Assembly (NCBI GenBank): GCA_002104905.1
Contig: MCFE01000150.1
Location: 62,001-126,000, forward strand
Source: Basidiobolus meristosporus CBS 931.73
Lineage: Eukaryota; Fungi; Basidiobolomycota
Direction of reading: 5' to 3'
Length of the DNA: 64,000 nucleotides
The position numbers and the translations under genes are program-made. Numbering within the stretch: position 1 is the first letter of the stretch; each line of letters begins with the position of its first letter. Positions 39,101 to 50,300 of this stretch are shown piece by piece. The notes below the pieces were generated by a model. It was given only the letters and a program-made list of their open reading frames with translations. It was not told the origin of the DNA and searched no databases.

Positions 39101-40319
39101 GACATCCAGAACACCCTCAAGGAAGAGCTATCCTTAGCTCAGGAAAGCTACAAGAAATTTGCCAATCTAAAACGGCATCCCAGCCCTGATCTTAATGAAG
39201 GAGATTCTGTATGGTTGCTCAGAAGAAACATCAGCACCAACCGCTGTAGTGGGGTGACAGTGACCCCCACTGACAGATGTGCTCATTCCCCTATTTTCTA
39301 CTTCCCAATATCTCTACTACACTTATTTTAGTTTTATCCCATTTGTCTTACCCAATCAGTACTATCCCATAAGCTGGTTGCCTATCACACCTGCTTACCT
39401 TATTGCATAAGTTACCCCTTACTTAATGTAAGATTACTAGCTACTAGTGCTTCTATATTAGGCAAGTACCCGCACCAGTACCCGTGTCACATGATCAACC
39501 CGTGTCACCATCCCTACCATTTCCATACCATATATGGTATCCCCATGTTACACAGGTTTCAGAATACTGATTCCTGATTGGTTGGATGTGCTGTGCCTCT
39601 TAGAACCTTCCGGCACCTACTTAGAACATTCTTAGGTCATTCTGATGTCATTAAGATTTCTATTGATATCCGGAACCTTCTGGAACACCATGATTAGTAA
39701 TCACTTAGCCAGTAAGAAAAGTATATAAAGGAGGCTCTCCCTCAACAATAAATCATCATCCCTTTTATCAATATACGAACTTGTTGATTAGTGTGATCAC
39801 TGCTACCTGCTGCTACCTGAACTTCCAACCCTAGACCACAGGACACTCCCAGGAAACCGCGCTGACAGCCAACTGACCTTGGAGGCACTACTTGTGAGGA
39901 ATACTCAGAGTAGGTATCTTTTATTATATTTGATTCTTTCCCAAGTTTGTTCTTGTACAGGCAAAGATATTTTTCTATCTTTATAACTATTGACCACAGC
40001 TGCATTCCTATCAAGTCCCTGCTGGTGGAGTTTACAGTTGTTTTGACTTTGGAAGCTTTAGTACATTGACATCTCAAAGGACGCTGAACCCAGCACATAC
40101 TTTTGTTAAGACGCCAACTAAGTTGGGGATTGTAGCTCAATAGTTTTCCCTTGACAAGCTTGTGGCTTTATTCCCCTTCACATTAGATTAGAGACAGAAC
40201 CCAAGTATTCCTAGCAAGCTTTTGCCAGAGGTTATTGCACCCAGTGAACACCCCACACACAAAACACTTGAGAAGTGTTGGACGTATCTCTCCCTTGGAC
40301 TTATACACCACCACATATT

Positions 40320-40337
40320 TGGCACCCAACGTGGGGG
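40320..40337 (+). promoter_or_regulatory. tRNA-Lys(CUU)-type primer binding site
   Basis: TGGCACCCAACGTGGGGG versus canonical Lys1,2 PBS TGGCGCCCAACGTGGGGC (16/18). Confidence 0.85.
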
Positions 40338-40455
40338 GTTCATACAAGCTCCCTAGGACCCAACAAGATTTACCTGAAGATTTGAGCTGTTATCCACCTA
40401 TTGAAAAGAGACTACCGATATTACCAAGATTACAACACCAACCTACCTGGCCAAA

Positions 40456-43400
40456 ATGAACTCTATGCCATTACCACTCTCACATGGAGCCCCACAGTTT
40501 GATGGAAAGAATGTGGAAAGCTTCATATTCAAATGGGAGAAGCTCTGCAAGATGTGCAGCCTATCTGAACAAGAAATGGCTGAAGACTTCCCCTACTACT
40601 GCACCGATGATATTACCACTAAGCTTCTCAGACAAGGAGACATTCTCACTGACTGGGCCTTAATGAAGACCTACCTACAGACCAAGTATGGTAGACCCCA
40701 GATATACTATGGAATTGAAGACCTCAGGCACTTTGGAAGAACTGGACTTTCCAAGCTACCACTTGAAGAGTTCATTCAACAGTGTGACAATATGGCCAAG
40801 CCACTCCTAGAGTCCCAGGCTATAACTGAGTTTACCATGACACTTTACCTTGCACAAGGGCTTCCCCAGGACTTGGCAAGGAAAGATGACTTACATGCAG
40901 CCAAGGATGACAAGTCTGGCATTCCTTGCTTTGCAGAGATGAAACGTGTTCTCCTAGAGGCAAAGCAAACTTCTACCTTTATGAGACTCCTGACATCTAA
41001 TGTGCCAGACCAGTCAACCAAGGAGCCAAGGAGTGCTGCTGCTGACAATCAGACCTACACTACCAACAGAATTGACCAACTTGCTGAAGAGCTACAAAAG
41101 CTAGCCCTCAAGATTAATGGCTCAGCCGAGGTTGCCACTGATGGACAAAGACCTTTGCCCAGGCACTGCATCTGGTGTGACTCTACTCAGCATGCCAGAC
41201 AAGAATGCTCAGAGCTTAGTCAGCTACTCAGAGAAGGAGCAGTACAGTTTGATGCTGATGGAATGCTTGCTGACAAGGAAGGAAGAAGGATTCCCACTAA
41301 TTTCCAAAGAGGAGGGATGAGAGCCCTTTTCCAGAAATCTGACTCAGCAACCAGAAAGATTACTTTTGATGCCCCTATTGGGACTCATAAAGTGAATCCA
41401 AGCAGCCCTGACAACAGACAACATGAAGTTGATGCCTTTGCTACCAAAAGACACCTTGCTGAAGAACCTGCCAAGCCCATCCTTAGAAGACCACGCTTTG
41501 AAGAACCTGAAGTTGTTATTGACAAGAGGCCTAGTATGCTGCCCACCCAAGATCCATTGCCTCACTTTCAGATGACCTCAAAGATAGCAAGCTACTCAAG
41601 CCCTCAACTGATTACTGAGAAGCTGCTGAAGCAGAACCTCACTTTGTCGGTTGGAGAAATCATGAGTGTATCCCCATCTGTTAGGAAGACCTTTGATGAG
41701 CAGCTTAGAACAAGACAACAAGCTGTTGAACATATGGACACTCATATAATTCAGACAAACCATGAAGACCACCAAAAGGATGACAACACTACTGAATATA
41801 AGACCTTTAACTCAGTTGTAAATGCTGTGGTGAAAGGGTATATATATGATGACCCTGTTGACTGCCATATTGACAGTGGCTCAGAGATTTGTGTTATGCC
41901 GCTAGACTTCTGGAAGACACTTAAAAGCAAGGAGCTACTGCCTGTTGATAGAGATATTGGATGGAACATGACCGATGCAAACTCAGGATCTAGTCCACTC
42001 TATGGTGTAGTACACAAGTTTCCTATTGAGGTACAAGGAATCAAGGTCTGGCTTCCCCTCTTCATCTGCCAGAAGGCAAACTTTGACCTTCTGCTAGGTA
42101 GACCATGGGAAGCCAGTACTAAGGCTACAACTACCAACTATTCCAATGGGTCAGTATGGTACACCATACAAGGATCCAACCCAGGACTACAGTCAACCTT
42201 CTGTGGTGTAACACCCAACAATAAGAGGACACATACTGCCTGCCAGAAGACACATCTTGTTATGGAAGAAGATGAAGAGCCTCACAATATACACCCCAAC
42301 ATTTGGAGCTGCTCATTAGGTATACAGGAGCAGACTGCTATGGTTCGGACAAAATACAAGACAGTAGAACAGATGATTAGACCATCACTTACACCTTTGA
42401 CTGATGGATCCCGACCTGCTGATTACATTAGACCACCAGAAGAAACACCAGATGATACACAACTTACACCTGAGAGACTTAAGCAACTTATCATTGGTGA
42501 TGGAAACCTTACACCAGAGGAGATACTATTATTTAAGGAGACCTTGAAAAGGCATGATAAGGTCTTCTCATATAATGACAAGGAGATGGGACTCTTAAAG
42601 ACATCAGTTGAAAAACCCATCAAGATTCATACAGTGCCCCACACACCCTGGTCATTTAAGCCTTACCCACTGCCCAGAGGACTCCAAGCTGATGTGCATG
42701 ACCTACTTAAGAAGAAGATAGAAGCTGGTATCCTAGAACCTTGCCATGGACCCTATGCTAACAGATGGTTTGTGACCAAAAAGAAGAATGGAAAGCTCCA
42801 ATTCATTCAAGACATGCAACCTGCAAATGCTGTCACTATCAGAGATGCTGCTATACCTCCATCTATTGATGACTTTGCAGAAAGCTTTAGTGGCCACTCC
42901 ATCTACTCAACATACGATCTCTACTCAGGATATGACCAGATTCCCCTTGATGAGACATCAAGAGATATGTTTGCGCTACAGACACCATTTGGACTATTAA
43001 GGATGACAAGACTCAGCCAAGGGGCTACAAACTCCGTGGCTCAGTTCCAGAGATGCATGGTGAATGTGCTATACCAGTTTATACTTGAGAAACTTGCTGT
43101 CTTTGTTGATGACATAGGCATCAAAAGACCAAAAACCCGGGACACCACTGGAGTCATGCCTGGAGTCAGAAAGTTTGTCTATGATCATATTTCAGACAAT
43201 GATGCCATATTAGGAGCCATTGAAGAAGCTGGACTCACCATCAGTGGTGAGAAAAGCAGCTTTGGTGTATCAGAGATATCCATTGTTGGACAAAAATGCA
43301 ATACCTTTGGTCGCTCACCTGGCAATTCCAAGACACAAAAGATATGCAACTGGCCTACCCCCACAAATCTAACACAAGCTCGTGGCTTTGTGGCAGCTTG

Positions 43401-45309
43401 TGGGTTCTTTAGGATCTGGATCCCAAGATTTTCTGAGATAGCAGAACCAATCTACCGACTACCGAGAAAGAATACCCCATTTATCTGGGGAGAAGAGCAA
43501 GAAGAAGCCATGCAATTACTGAAAGAGGCCTTAGTATCTCCACCAGTTCTAAGACCTCTTGACTATCAAAACACTGAATGCCCACCTATTTTGACAGTGG
43601 ATGCAAGCCCTATAGGAGCTGGAGCACTACTTGGACAAGATGATGAAGATGGCAATTGCTATGCCTGCAGATATGAGAGCTGCCTATTCTCTCTTAGAGA
43701 GCAAAGATACTCACAGATTAAAAGAGAACTACTAGGAGTTGTGAAGATGCTGAGGAAGCTGAAGTCACAACTCTACATGACACATTTTATCCTGGAGACA
43801 GATGCCAAGCCACTTATAGGAATGATCAACAAGCCTGACCTACCTGATGATGCCACAAACCAATGGATGGCATGGCTGAAAATGTTTGACTTTGAGGTCA
43901 GACATATCCCTGGCAAGACAAATGTTGTGGCTGATGCACTCTCCCGGAAGGGACCACAATTATTTGAAGACTTGGACCCTCACTTTGATGATATTATTGA
44001 TGCAGAGATCCGACGAATTGCCATCAAAGACCAAGAGAGAACTACCTGGAGTCTGATCAAGGAATATCTAAGGACTCTTAAAGAACCTAGTTGGATGGAA
44101 ATTCAGGAGTTTAGAAAACTCAGGAAGAAGGCACATCACTACTATCTTAAAGATGATCTTCTCTTTAAGCGAGTGAAGCCTGGACTTATGCCAAGAAGAG
44201 TAGTCACTACCCCTCAAGAGCAACTGAACATCATGACAAGTATCCACCAAGGAGAACCAGGAGGACATAGAGGACGAGAAGCCACCTACTATACCACAGC
44301 TCAGAGGTACTACTGGGAAAACATGTACTATGATATTCAACACTTTGTTGAGTCATGTGTAGCCTGCCAGAAGAGATCCTCCAAGTGTTATGAAGAACCA
44401 CTGCATCCTACTTACACAATCTGTTTATGGCAAAAGGTTGGTATTGACCTTGTCCACATGCCAACAGCTGGATCAAAAAAGTACCTGATTGTTGCTAGAG
44501 ATGACCTTAGTGGATGGGCAGAGGCTCAAGCCTTGCCCAACAACAAGAGCCATACCATATGGAGATTTATACTTGAAGACATCATCTGCAGATTTGGCTG
44601 CATCCAACAGTTTGTTGCTGACAGAGGAGAGATGACATCCCAAATGATCCAGGAGTTGTGCTCAAAGTACAAGATACACATTGCTTTTACAACCGCTTAC
44701 CACCCTCAAGCCAATGGAATGATAGAGAGAGGACATGGACCATTGGTGAACTCTCTTGTCAAGGCCTGTGAGAATAACACAACACTGTGGCCACAGCAAT
44801 TACATCTTGCACTCTGGGCAGATAGAATTACTACCAAGAGAACAACTGGATTATCACCATTCAAACTACTCTATGGACATGACTGCACACTACCAGTTGA
44901 GTTAAACACAGTCACTTGGAACTCATTGAATTGGAGATCCAATATGCAGACTGAAGACCTCCTTGCAACTTGCATACAGCAACTTGATCACCATGACTTG
45001 AATATCAGCAGAGCTGCTGAACAACTTAAGGATACACAACTAAAGAACAAGATGCCCTTTGACAAATCACACCCAACAAGACCAAAACCACTATCACTAG
45101 GAGACCCAGTATTACTCTATGATTCTACCTTGGACAAGCAATGGAGTCGGAAGTTTGACAACAAATGGACTGGCCCCTACCTCATTTCCAAAGTGATTGG
45201 AAATGGAAGTTATTACATATCTGAGCTTGACAACACCCAGTTGAGAGCACCAGTTGCTGGATATCGACTTAAGTTATTCAAGCATAGGAATTTTGCACAT
45301 GAAGATTAG
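40456..45309 (+). CDS. Uninterrupted Gag-Pol polyprotein of Gypsy A (1617 aa)
   Basis: Knuckle CIWCDSTQHARQEC; protease DSGSEI; RT FVDD; RNase H TVDAS; integrase H-H-C-C, GIDLV, YHPQANG; no chromodomain. Confidence 0.93.
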   Translation: MNSMPLPLSHGAPQFDGKNVESFIFKWEKLCKMCSLSEQEMAEDFPYYCTDDITTKLLRQGDILTDWALMKTYLQTKYGRPQIYYGIEDLRHFGRTGLSKLPLEEFIQQCDNMAKPLLESQAITEFTMTLYLAQGLPQDLARKDDLHAAKDDKSGIPCFAEMKRVLLEAKQTSTFMRLLTSNVPDQSTKEPRSAAADNQTYTTNRIDQLAEELQKLALKINGSAEVATDGQRPLPRHCIWCDSTQHARQECSELSQLLREGAVQFDADGMLADKEGRRIPTNFQRGGMRALFQKSDSATRKITFDAPIGTHKVNPSSPDNRQHEVDAFATKRHLAEEPAKPILRRPRFEEPEVVIDKRPSMLPTQDPLPHFQMTSKIASYSSPQLITEKLLKQNLTLSVGEIMSVSPSVRKTFDEQLRTRQQAVEHMDTHIIQTNHEDHQKDDNTTEYKTFNSVVNAVVKGYIYDDPVDCHIDSGSEICVMPLDFWKTLKSKELLPVDRDIGWNMTDANSGSSPLYGVVHKFPIEVQGIKVWLPLFICQKANFDLLLGRPWEASTKATTTNYSNGSVWYTIQGSNPGLQSTFCGVTPNNKRTHTACQKTHLVMEEDEEPHNIHPNIWSCSLGIQEQTAMVRTKYKTVEQMIRPSLTPLTDGSRPADYIRPPEETPDDTQLTPERLKQLIIGDGNLTPEEILLFKETLKRHDKVFSYNDKEMGLLKTSVEKPIKIHTVPHTPWSFKPYPLPRGLQADVHDLLKKKIEAGILEPCHGPYANRWFVTKKKNGKLQFIQDMQPANAVTIRDAAIPPSIDDFAESFSGHSIYSTYDLYSGYDQIPLDETSRDMFALQTPFGLLRMTRLSQGATNSVAQFQRCMVNVLYQFILEKLAVFVDDIGIKRPKTRDTTGVMPGVRKFVYDHISDNDAILGAIEEAGLTISGEKSSFGVSEISIVGQKCNTFGRSPGNSKTQKICNWPTPTNLTQARGFVAACGFFRIWIPRFSEIAEPIYRLPRKNTPFIWGEEQEEAMQLLKEALVSPPVLRPLDYQNTECPPILTVDASPIGAGALLGQDDEDGNCYACRYESCLFSLREQRYSQIKRELLGVVKMLRKLKSQLYMTHFILETDAKPLIGMINKPDLPDDATNQWMAWLKMFDFEVRHIPGKTNVVADALSRKGPQLFEDLDPHFDDIIDAEIRRIAIKDQERTTWSLIKEYLRTLKEPSWMEIQEFRKLRKKAHHYYLKDDLLFKRVKPGLMPRRVVTTPQEQLNIMTSIHQGEPGGHRGREATYYTTAQRYYWENMYYDIQHFVESCVACQKRSSKCYEEPLHPTYTICLWQKVGIDLVHMPTAGSKKYLIVARDDLSGWAEAQALPNNKSHTIWRFILEDIICRFGCIQQFVADRGEMTSQMIQELCSKYKIHIAFTTAYHPQANGMIERGHGPLVNSLVKACENNTTLWPQQLHLALWADRITTKRTTGLSPFKLLYGHDCTLPVELNTVTWNSLNWRSNMQTEDLLATCIQQLDHHDLNISRAAEQLKDTQLKNKMPFDKSHPTRPKPLSLGDPVLLYDSTLDKQWSRKFDNKWTGPYLISKVIGNGSYYISELDNTQLRAPVAGYRLKLFKHRNFAHED

Positions 45310-47366
45310 TTTGCTTTGACCCAAGTTCAAAGCTGAGAGGGGGGTGGATGTAGTGGGGTGACAGTGACACCCACTGACAGATGTGCTCATTCCCCTATTT
45401 TCTACTTCCCTATATCTCTACTACACTTGTTTTAGTTTTATCCCATTTGTCTTACCCAATCAGTACTATCCCATAAGCTGGTTGCCTATCACACCTGCTT
45501 ACCTTATTGCATAAGTTACCCCTCACTTTATGTAAGATTACTAGCTACAAGTGCTTCTATATTAGGCAAGTACCCGCGCCAGTACCCGTGACACATAATC
45601 AGCCCGTGTCACCATCCCTACCATTTCCATACCATATATGGTATCCCCATGTTACACAGGTTTCAGAATACTGATTCCTGATTGGTTGGATGTGCTGTGC
45701 CTCTTAGAACCTTCCGGCACCTACTTAGAACATTCTTAGGTCATTCTGATGTCATTAAGATTTCTATTGATATCCGGAACCTTCTGGAACACCATGATTA
45801 GTAATCACTTAGCCAGTAAGAAAAGTATATAAGGGAGGCTCTCCCTCAACAATAAATCATCATCCCTTTTATCAATATACGAACTTGTTGATTAGTGTGA
45901 TCACTACTACCTGCTGCTACCTGAACTTCCAACCCTAGACCACAGGACACTCCCAGGAAACCGCGCTGACAGCCAACTGACCTTGGAGGCACTACTTGTG
46001 AGGAATACTCAGAGTAGGTATCTTTTATTATATTTGATTCTTTCCCAAGTTTGTTCTTGTACAGGCAAAGATATTTTTCTATCTTTATAACTATTGACCA
46101 CAGCTGCATTCCTATCAAGTCCCTGCTGGTGGAGTTTACAGTTGTTTTGACTTTGGAAGCTTTAGTACATTGACATCTCAAAGGACGCTGAACCCAGCAC
46201 ATACTTTTGTTAAGACGCCAACTAAGTTGGGGATTGTAGCTCAATAGTTTTCCCTTGACAAGCTTGTGGCTTTATTCCCCTTCACATTAGATTAGAGACA
46301 GAACCCAAGTATTCCTAGCAAGCTTTTGCCAGAGGTTATTGCACCCAGTGAACACCCCACACACAAAACACTTGAGAAGTGTTGGACGTATCTCTCCCTT
46401 GGACTTATACACCACCACACCGCCCTTGTGACAAGTTGGATTTCAAGAAACTTGGTCCCTTCAAGATCAAGATGAAGCTTAGCCCTATAGTATATCAGCT
46501 ACAGTTACCAGCAAGTATGAAAATCCATGATACTTTCCATGTGTCCCTCCTGGAGCCATATTGTAGGAACACCTTGCCAAACTGGCAAGAAGCAAAGCCC
46601 CAAGCCATCCAGGTTGACCAACATCAAGAATTTGAAGTTAAACAGATTCTAGACTCCAAGTATATCCTGTCAAAGCTGTACTACTTAGTAGACTGGATTG
46701 GTTACAACCCAAGTGACCAAACATGGGAACCAGCTACCCATCTCACTAATTGTCAAGAACTAGTTACCCAGTTCCACCAACAATATCCTGCAAAACCTGC
46801 CCCAAAGGGAAACAGAGCTTTGCCTGGAAGTGGAGAATAGTGTCATGATCACATGACAACTATGAACACCCATGCCAAGTTTCAGCTTCCTAGCTCAATT
46901 TCTAAGAGATTCCTTCTGGAACCTTCTACCACCTTCCAGAAAGTTCCTGACCATTCCAAACCATCGTTACACAATGGAACATTCCATGGAAGCTTTCCAT
47001 TGTATTTTTCATAGTCCAGTACCATATATGGAAATACCAGGTCACATGACTTAGTCACATGATCTGGTGACCCAGTCCATTTCCCCATCCTGTCTCAGTG
47101 CCGTGTCATCTATGTCATTATCCCCAGCACCATTGCTGTGCCTCACCCCACAACCCCATTAGTATTAGCTAATATCTCTTGGCATCAGTATAGCCAAAAA
47201 GTATATATAGTCCTATCCCCCCTTAAGTATTCCTCAGTCTGATAAACACAGGTCTTGAATAAACAGCCTTGCCTTGAATCCTGTCTTGCCTTGATGGTCC
47301 ACACCTAAGTCCTTTCCTGCTGTGCCTAGCTCTTCCTCCTGCCTTGTGTCTATTCATAACAATTTT

Positions 47367-50300
47367 CACCAAAACACCAGGTACCCAGAACATGAAAATT
47401 CTCAAGTTGTCCAAACAGCCCCAAACTTTGAGCACATGTTCTTGGGACCTTCTTTAATCTATTCTACATGCTTGTTATGCCAAGACCAGGTAAAAGTATA
47501 AATACCACGTTTACATCCAATAAATTATTAAGTGAACACCACATAATCTACTTGTTCCCCAAATCACTTCCAATATCTCCAAAACTCTTACAACTGGTTA
47601 TGAGCCCCAAGCTGTCACTCTCTGCAATGTCTACTACTGCTATTACTGGAGTTTCCCCCTCTGCTGAAAAGTTGGATGGATCAAACTACCAAGTGTGGAA
47701 GGTGAAGATGAAGATGCTACTACAAGAAAGAGGCCTTTGGGATATTTTCATGGGAGAAGAATGCCCTCCTAAAAACGTGGGAGAGGATGCCTTGAAGAAC
47801 CAGATGAAAGAACAAAGTGCCTTTAACTGCATTTGCCTTAATGTTATGGACAAATTGCTTATTCAATGCTCAAGAGCAAAAATGACAAAGAATGCCTGGA
47901 AGGCATTAGAAGACACCTACCCATCATGTTCAGCTGCCAAGAAGATGTATTTGAGACAAATATTCTCTACTACAAAGATGCTGCCAGGAGAAGAAATGAA
48001 AAATCTAATTAACAGAATTACCCTGCTGGTAGATGAGATGGAATCTGTGGGTGTACCAACTACTGATGAGGATGTGATAGTTACCATCCTGAATAGCCTG
48101 ACAGACAAGTTTCAGGGCCTTGTATCAGCCCCAGAGTCCAGAACTGAAGATTTAACATTTAATTACGTATATGGAAGGCTCCTGGATGAAGAATTAAGAA
48201 AATCAAGCGCCAATAAGAAGGAAGACAAAAATGCTTTAATAAGCAATGAAACCAGCAAAGGAGGTACCCAAGACCCTACAAAGGTAACAGCAACCTATTT
48301 TGTAACTACTGCAAAAGGAAAGGACACACATCAGACCAGTGTCTCAAAAAGAAAGATAATCAGCAAAAGAAGCCTGAATATGGAAAGGCTACAACAACTG
48401 AAGATAGACTATTCACATCTGCACTAAATATGACCTCAAACAAGGATTCTGAGACATGGTATATTGACTCTGAAGCATCTCAACACTTTACACACCAAAA
48501 AGAACCTTTTACCCAATATCAAGAAATTCCAATTAAGAAGGTTTTCATAGGTGACAATAGTACACTTGATGCAGTGGGAGAAGGAACTATCCAAGTAAAC
48601 CTTAGAAGCAGTGAAGGAAGCCATACACTGACTTTCAAAGAAGTACTCTATGTACCAGAAATAGCCAAGAACCTACTCTCTGTAAGCAAGGCCACAGCAG
48701 AAGGACTCAGTTTCAGATTTGACAATTCTGGATGCAGGATCACTGATCAAAATGGTGCCCATATTGCTTTGGGCATCAGAGATCAGAATCTATACCAGTT
48801 GACTTATATTCCATTATATCTGGAAGCCAATATAAGTGACTTAAATAAAGAAGCACCAATGCTTTGGCATAGGAGATTTGGACACATCATTTTTGATTAT
48901 TTGCATAAATGATCAAAGATCAGCTAATTTCTGGAGTGAAAATTGATCCCCCAGCTAATTTGGAGCACTGTGAAGCCTGCATATACGGGAAACAAGCTAG
49001 ACAACTATTCAAGGGCTCTGGGTTAATCAAAACTAAGAAAAAATTGGATCGAATTCACTCAGATCAGTGTGGACCTATGCCAAATTTATCCTTAGGCAGG
49101 ATGAAGTATTTAATCACTTTTATTGATGATTATACAAGATACACATGAGTCTACTTCATGGAGAGAAGACAATAAGCTCTGTCTAAGTTCAGGGAGCTCA
49201 AAGCCATGGTGGAGAGAGAAACTGGTTAAAAAATCAAGAGAGTACGCTCTGACAATGGTGGAGAATATACCTCAAAACTCTTCATCCACTTCTGCAAATT
49301 CATGGAATAAAGCAAGAGACTACTGTACCATACTTCCCACAGCAAAATGGAGTAGCAGAATGTGCTAACAGAGCAATAATTGATATGGCAAGATCTATGA
49401 TCCATGATCAAAAATTATCCTATGATTTTTGAGCAGAATCAGTTGCCACTGCTGTATACCATAAAAATAGGAGTTATAGCAGGATACCTTGTGATTCTAC
49501 TCCATTTGAAGCATGGCATGGATGCAAACCAAGTGCAGAACATCTAAGAATATTTGGGTGTACAGCATATGCCCAAAAACTGGCCAGAAATCAGTCAAAA
49601 TTTGGGCCAAAAGGTGTAAAATGCATACTTTTGGGCTACTGCAATGAGAGTAAGGCATACAGACTCTACAATACCAAAGCAAAGAAGCTGATCAAGTTCA
49701 GGGATGTGTTGTTTGATGAAAATTCCACATTTTCACAAAACATGACATCAGATCATGACAAAAAATTGATCTCAAATCCACAAATTGTCAGGATAGAGTC
49801 AGAACAAAACAATGAGAGCTTTTTCACTCCAGAGGACCCTACAACCATGGTTCAGCCAGAATTAGTGCCCAGGAATATCCCAGAAGTGATCATTCCAGTA
49901 TCAAATGCCCAGAGATCCAACTGGACAAGAAATAGCCCAAATTACTATATCAATGAAAGTACAAACTTAGCGTATGCCTATTCAGTCCATATTGCAGAAC
50001 CCCAGACTGTAAAAGAGGCCCTAAATAGCCCTCAGACAAAGTCTTGGAGATCTGCAATGACTGAGGAATATCAGGCCCTGATGGAAAATTAAACTTGGGA
50101 CTTAGTCAAATTACCAATCAACCAAAAATCAATTGGATGCAGATGGGTCTTCAAGACAAAATACATGGCTGATGGTAAAGTTGAAAGATACAAAGCAAGG
50201 CTTGTAGCCAAAGGATAGTCTCAAACTAAAGGACTTGACTATACTGAGACCTTTGCATCGGTAGCCAAGTTTAATTCCATCAGATTAATATTGGCTATTG

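Larger units (their letters stand above)
39245..46419 (+). mobile_element. Ty3/Gypsy A, full length and young; LTRs 39245-40315 and 45349-46419
   Basis: 1071-bp LTRs with ~12 differences; 4-bp TSD CCGC; PBS 40320-40337; PPT GAGAGGGGGGTGGA before 45349. Confidence 0.97.
36113..46840 (+). pseudogene. Pol of Gypsy B (PR-RT-RH-IN-chromodomain), split at 39244/46420
   Basis: One reading frame up to the insertion, with stops at 36626, 36641, 37862 and 38642; RNISTNR|PCDKLDFKKLGPF rejoins across the insertion; chromodomain EFEVKQILDS..YYLVDWIGY..TWEP at ~46625-46790. Confidence 0.92.
34281..47361 (+). mobile_element. Chromovirus-type Ty3/Gypsy B; LTRs 34281-34801 and 46841-47361; interrupted by Gypsy A
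   Basis: 521-bp LTRs with ~6 differences; TSD ATTTT; gag with CLYCGQPGHFAKSC; PR LIDSGAS; RT YLDD; RNase H; integrase; C-terminal chromodomain; PPT GGAAGTGGAGAATAG. Confidence 0.96.

Noticed and set aside
39742-40140. 132-aa antisense ORF in both A LTRs
   Set aside because: It is duplicated only because the LTRs are near identical; the homologous region in B has stops in that frame
40125-40145. tRNA gene (GGGGATTGTAGCTCAAT resembles a tRNA-Ala 5' end)
   Set aside because: No anticodon arm, T-loop or acceptor partner follows; the segment pairs upstream within the module
39960-40218. Group I intron, hammerhead, hairpin ribozyme or TPP riboswitch as the identity of the shared module
   Set aside because: TGCTGG/CCAGCA resembles P4, but the R/S (P7) motifs are absent in the required order; no CUGANGA/GAAA core, AGAAACA loop or TPP consensus found by eye
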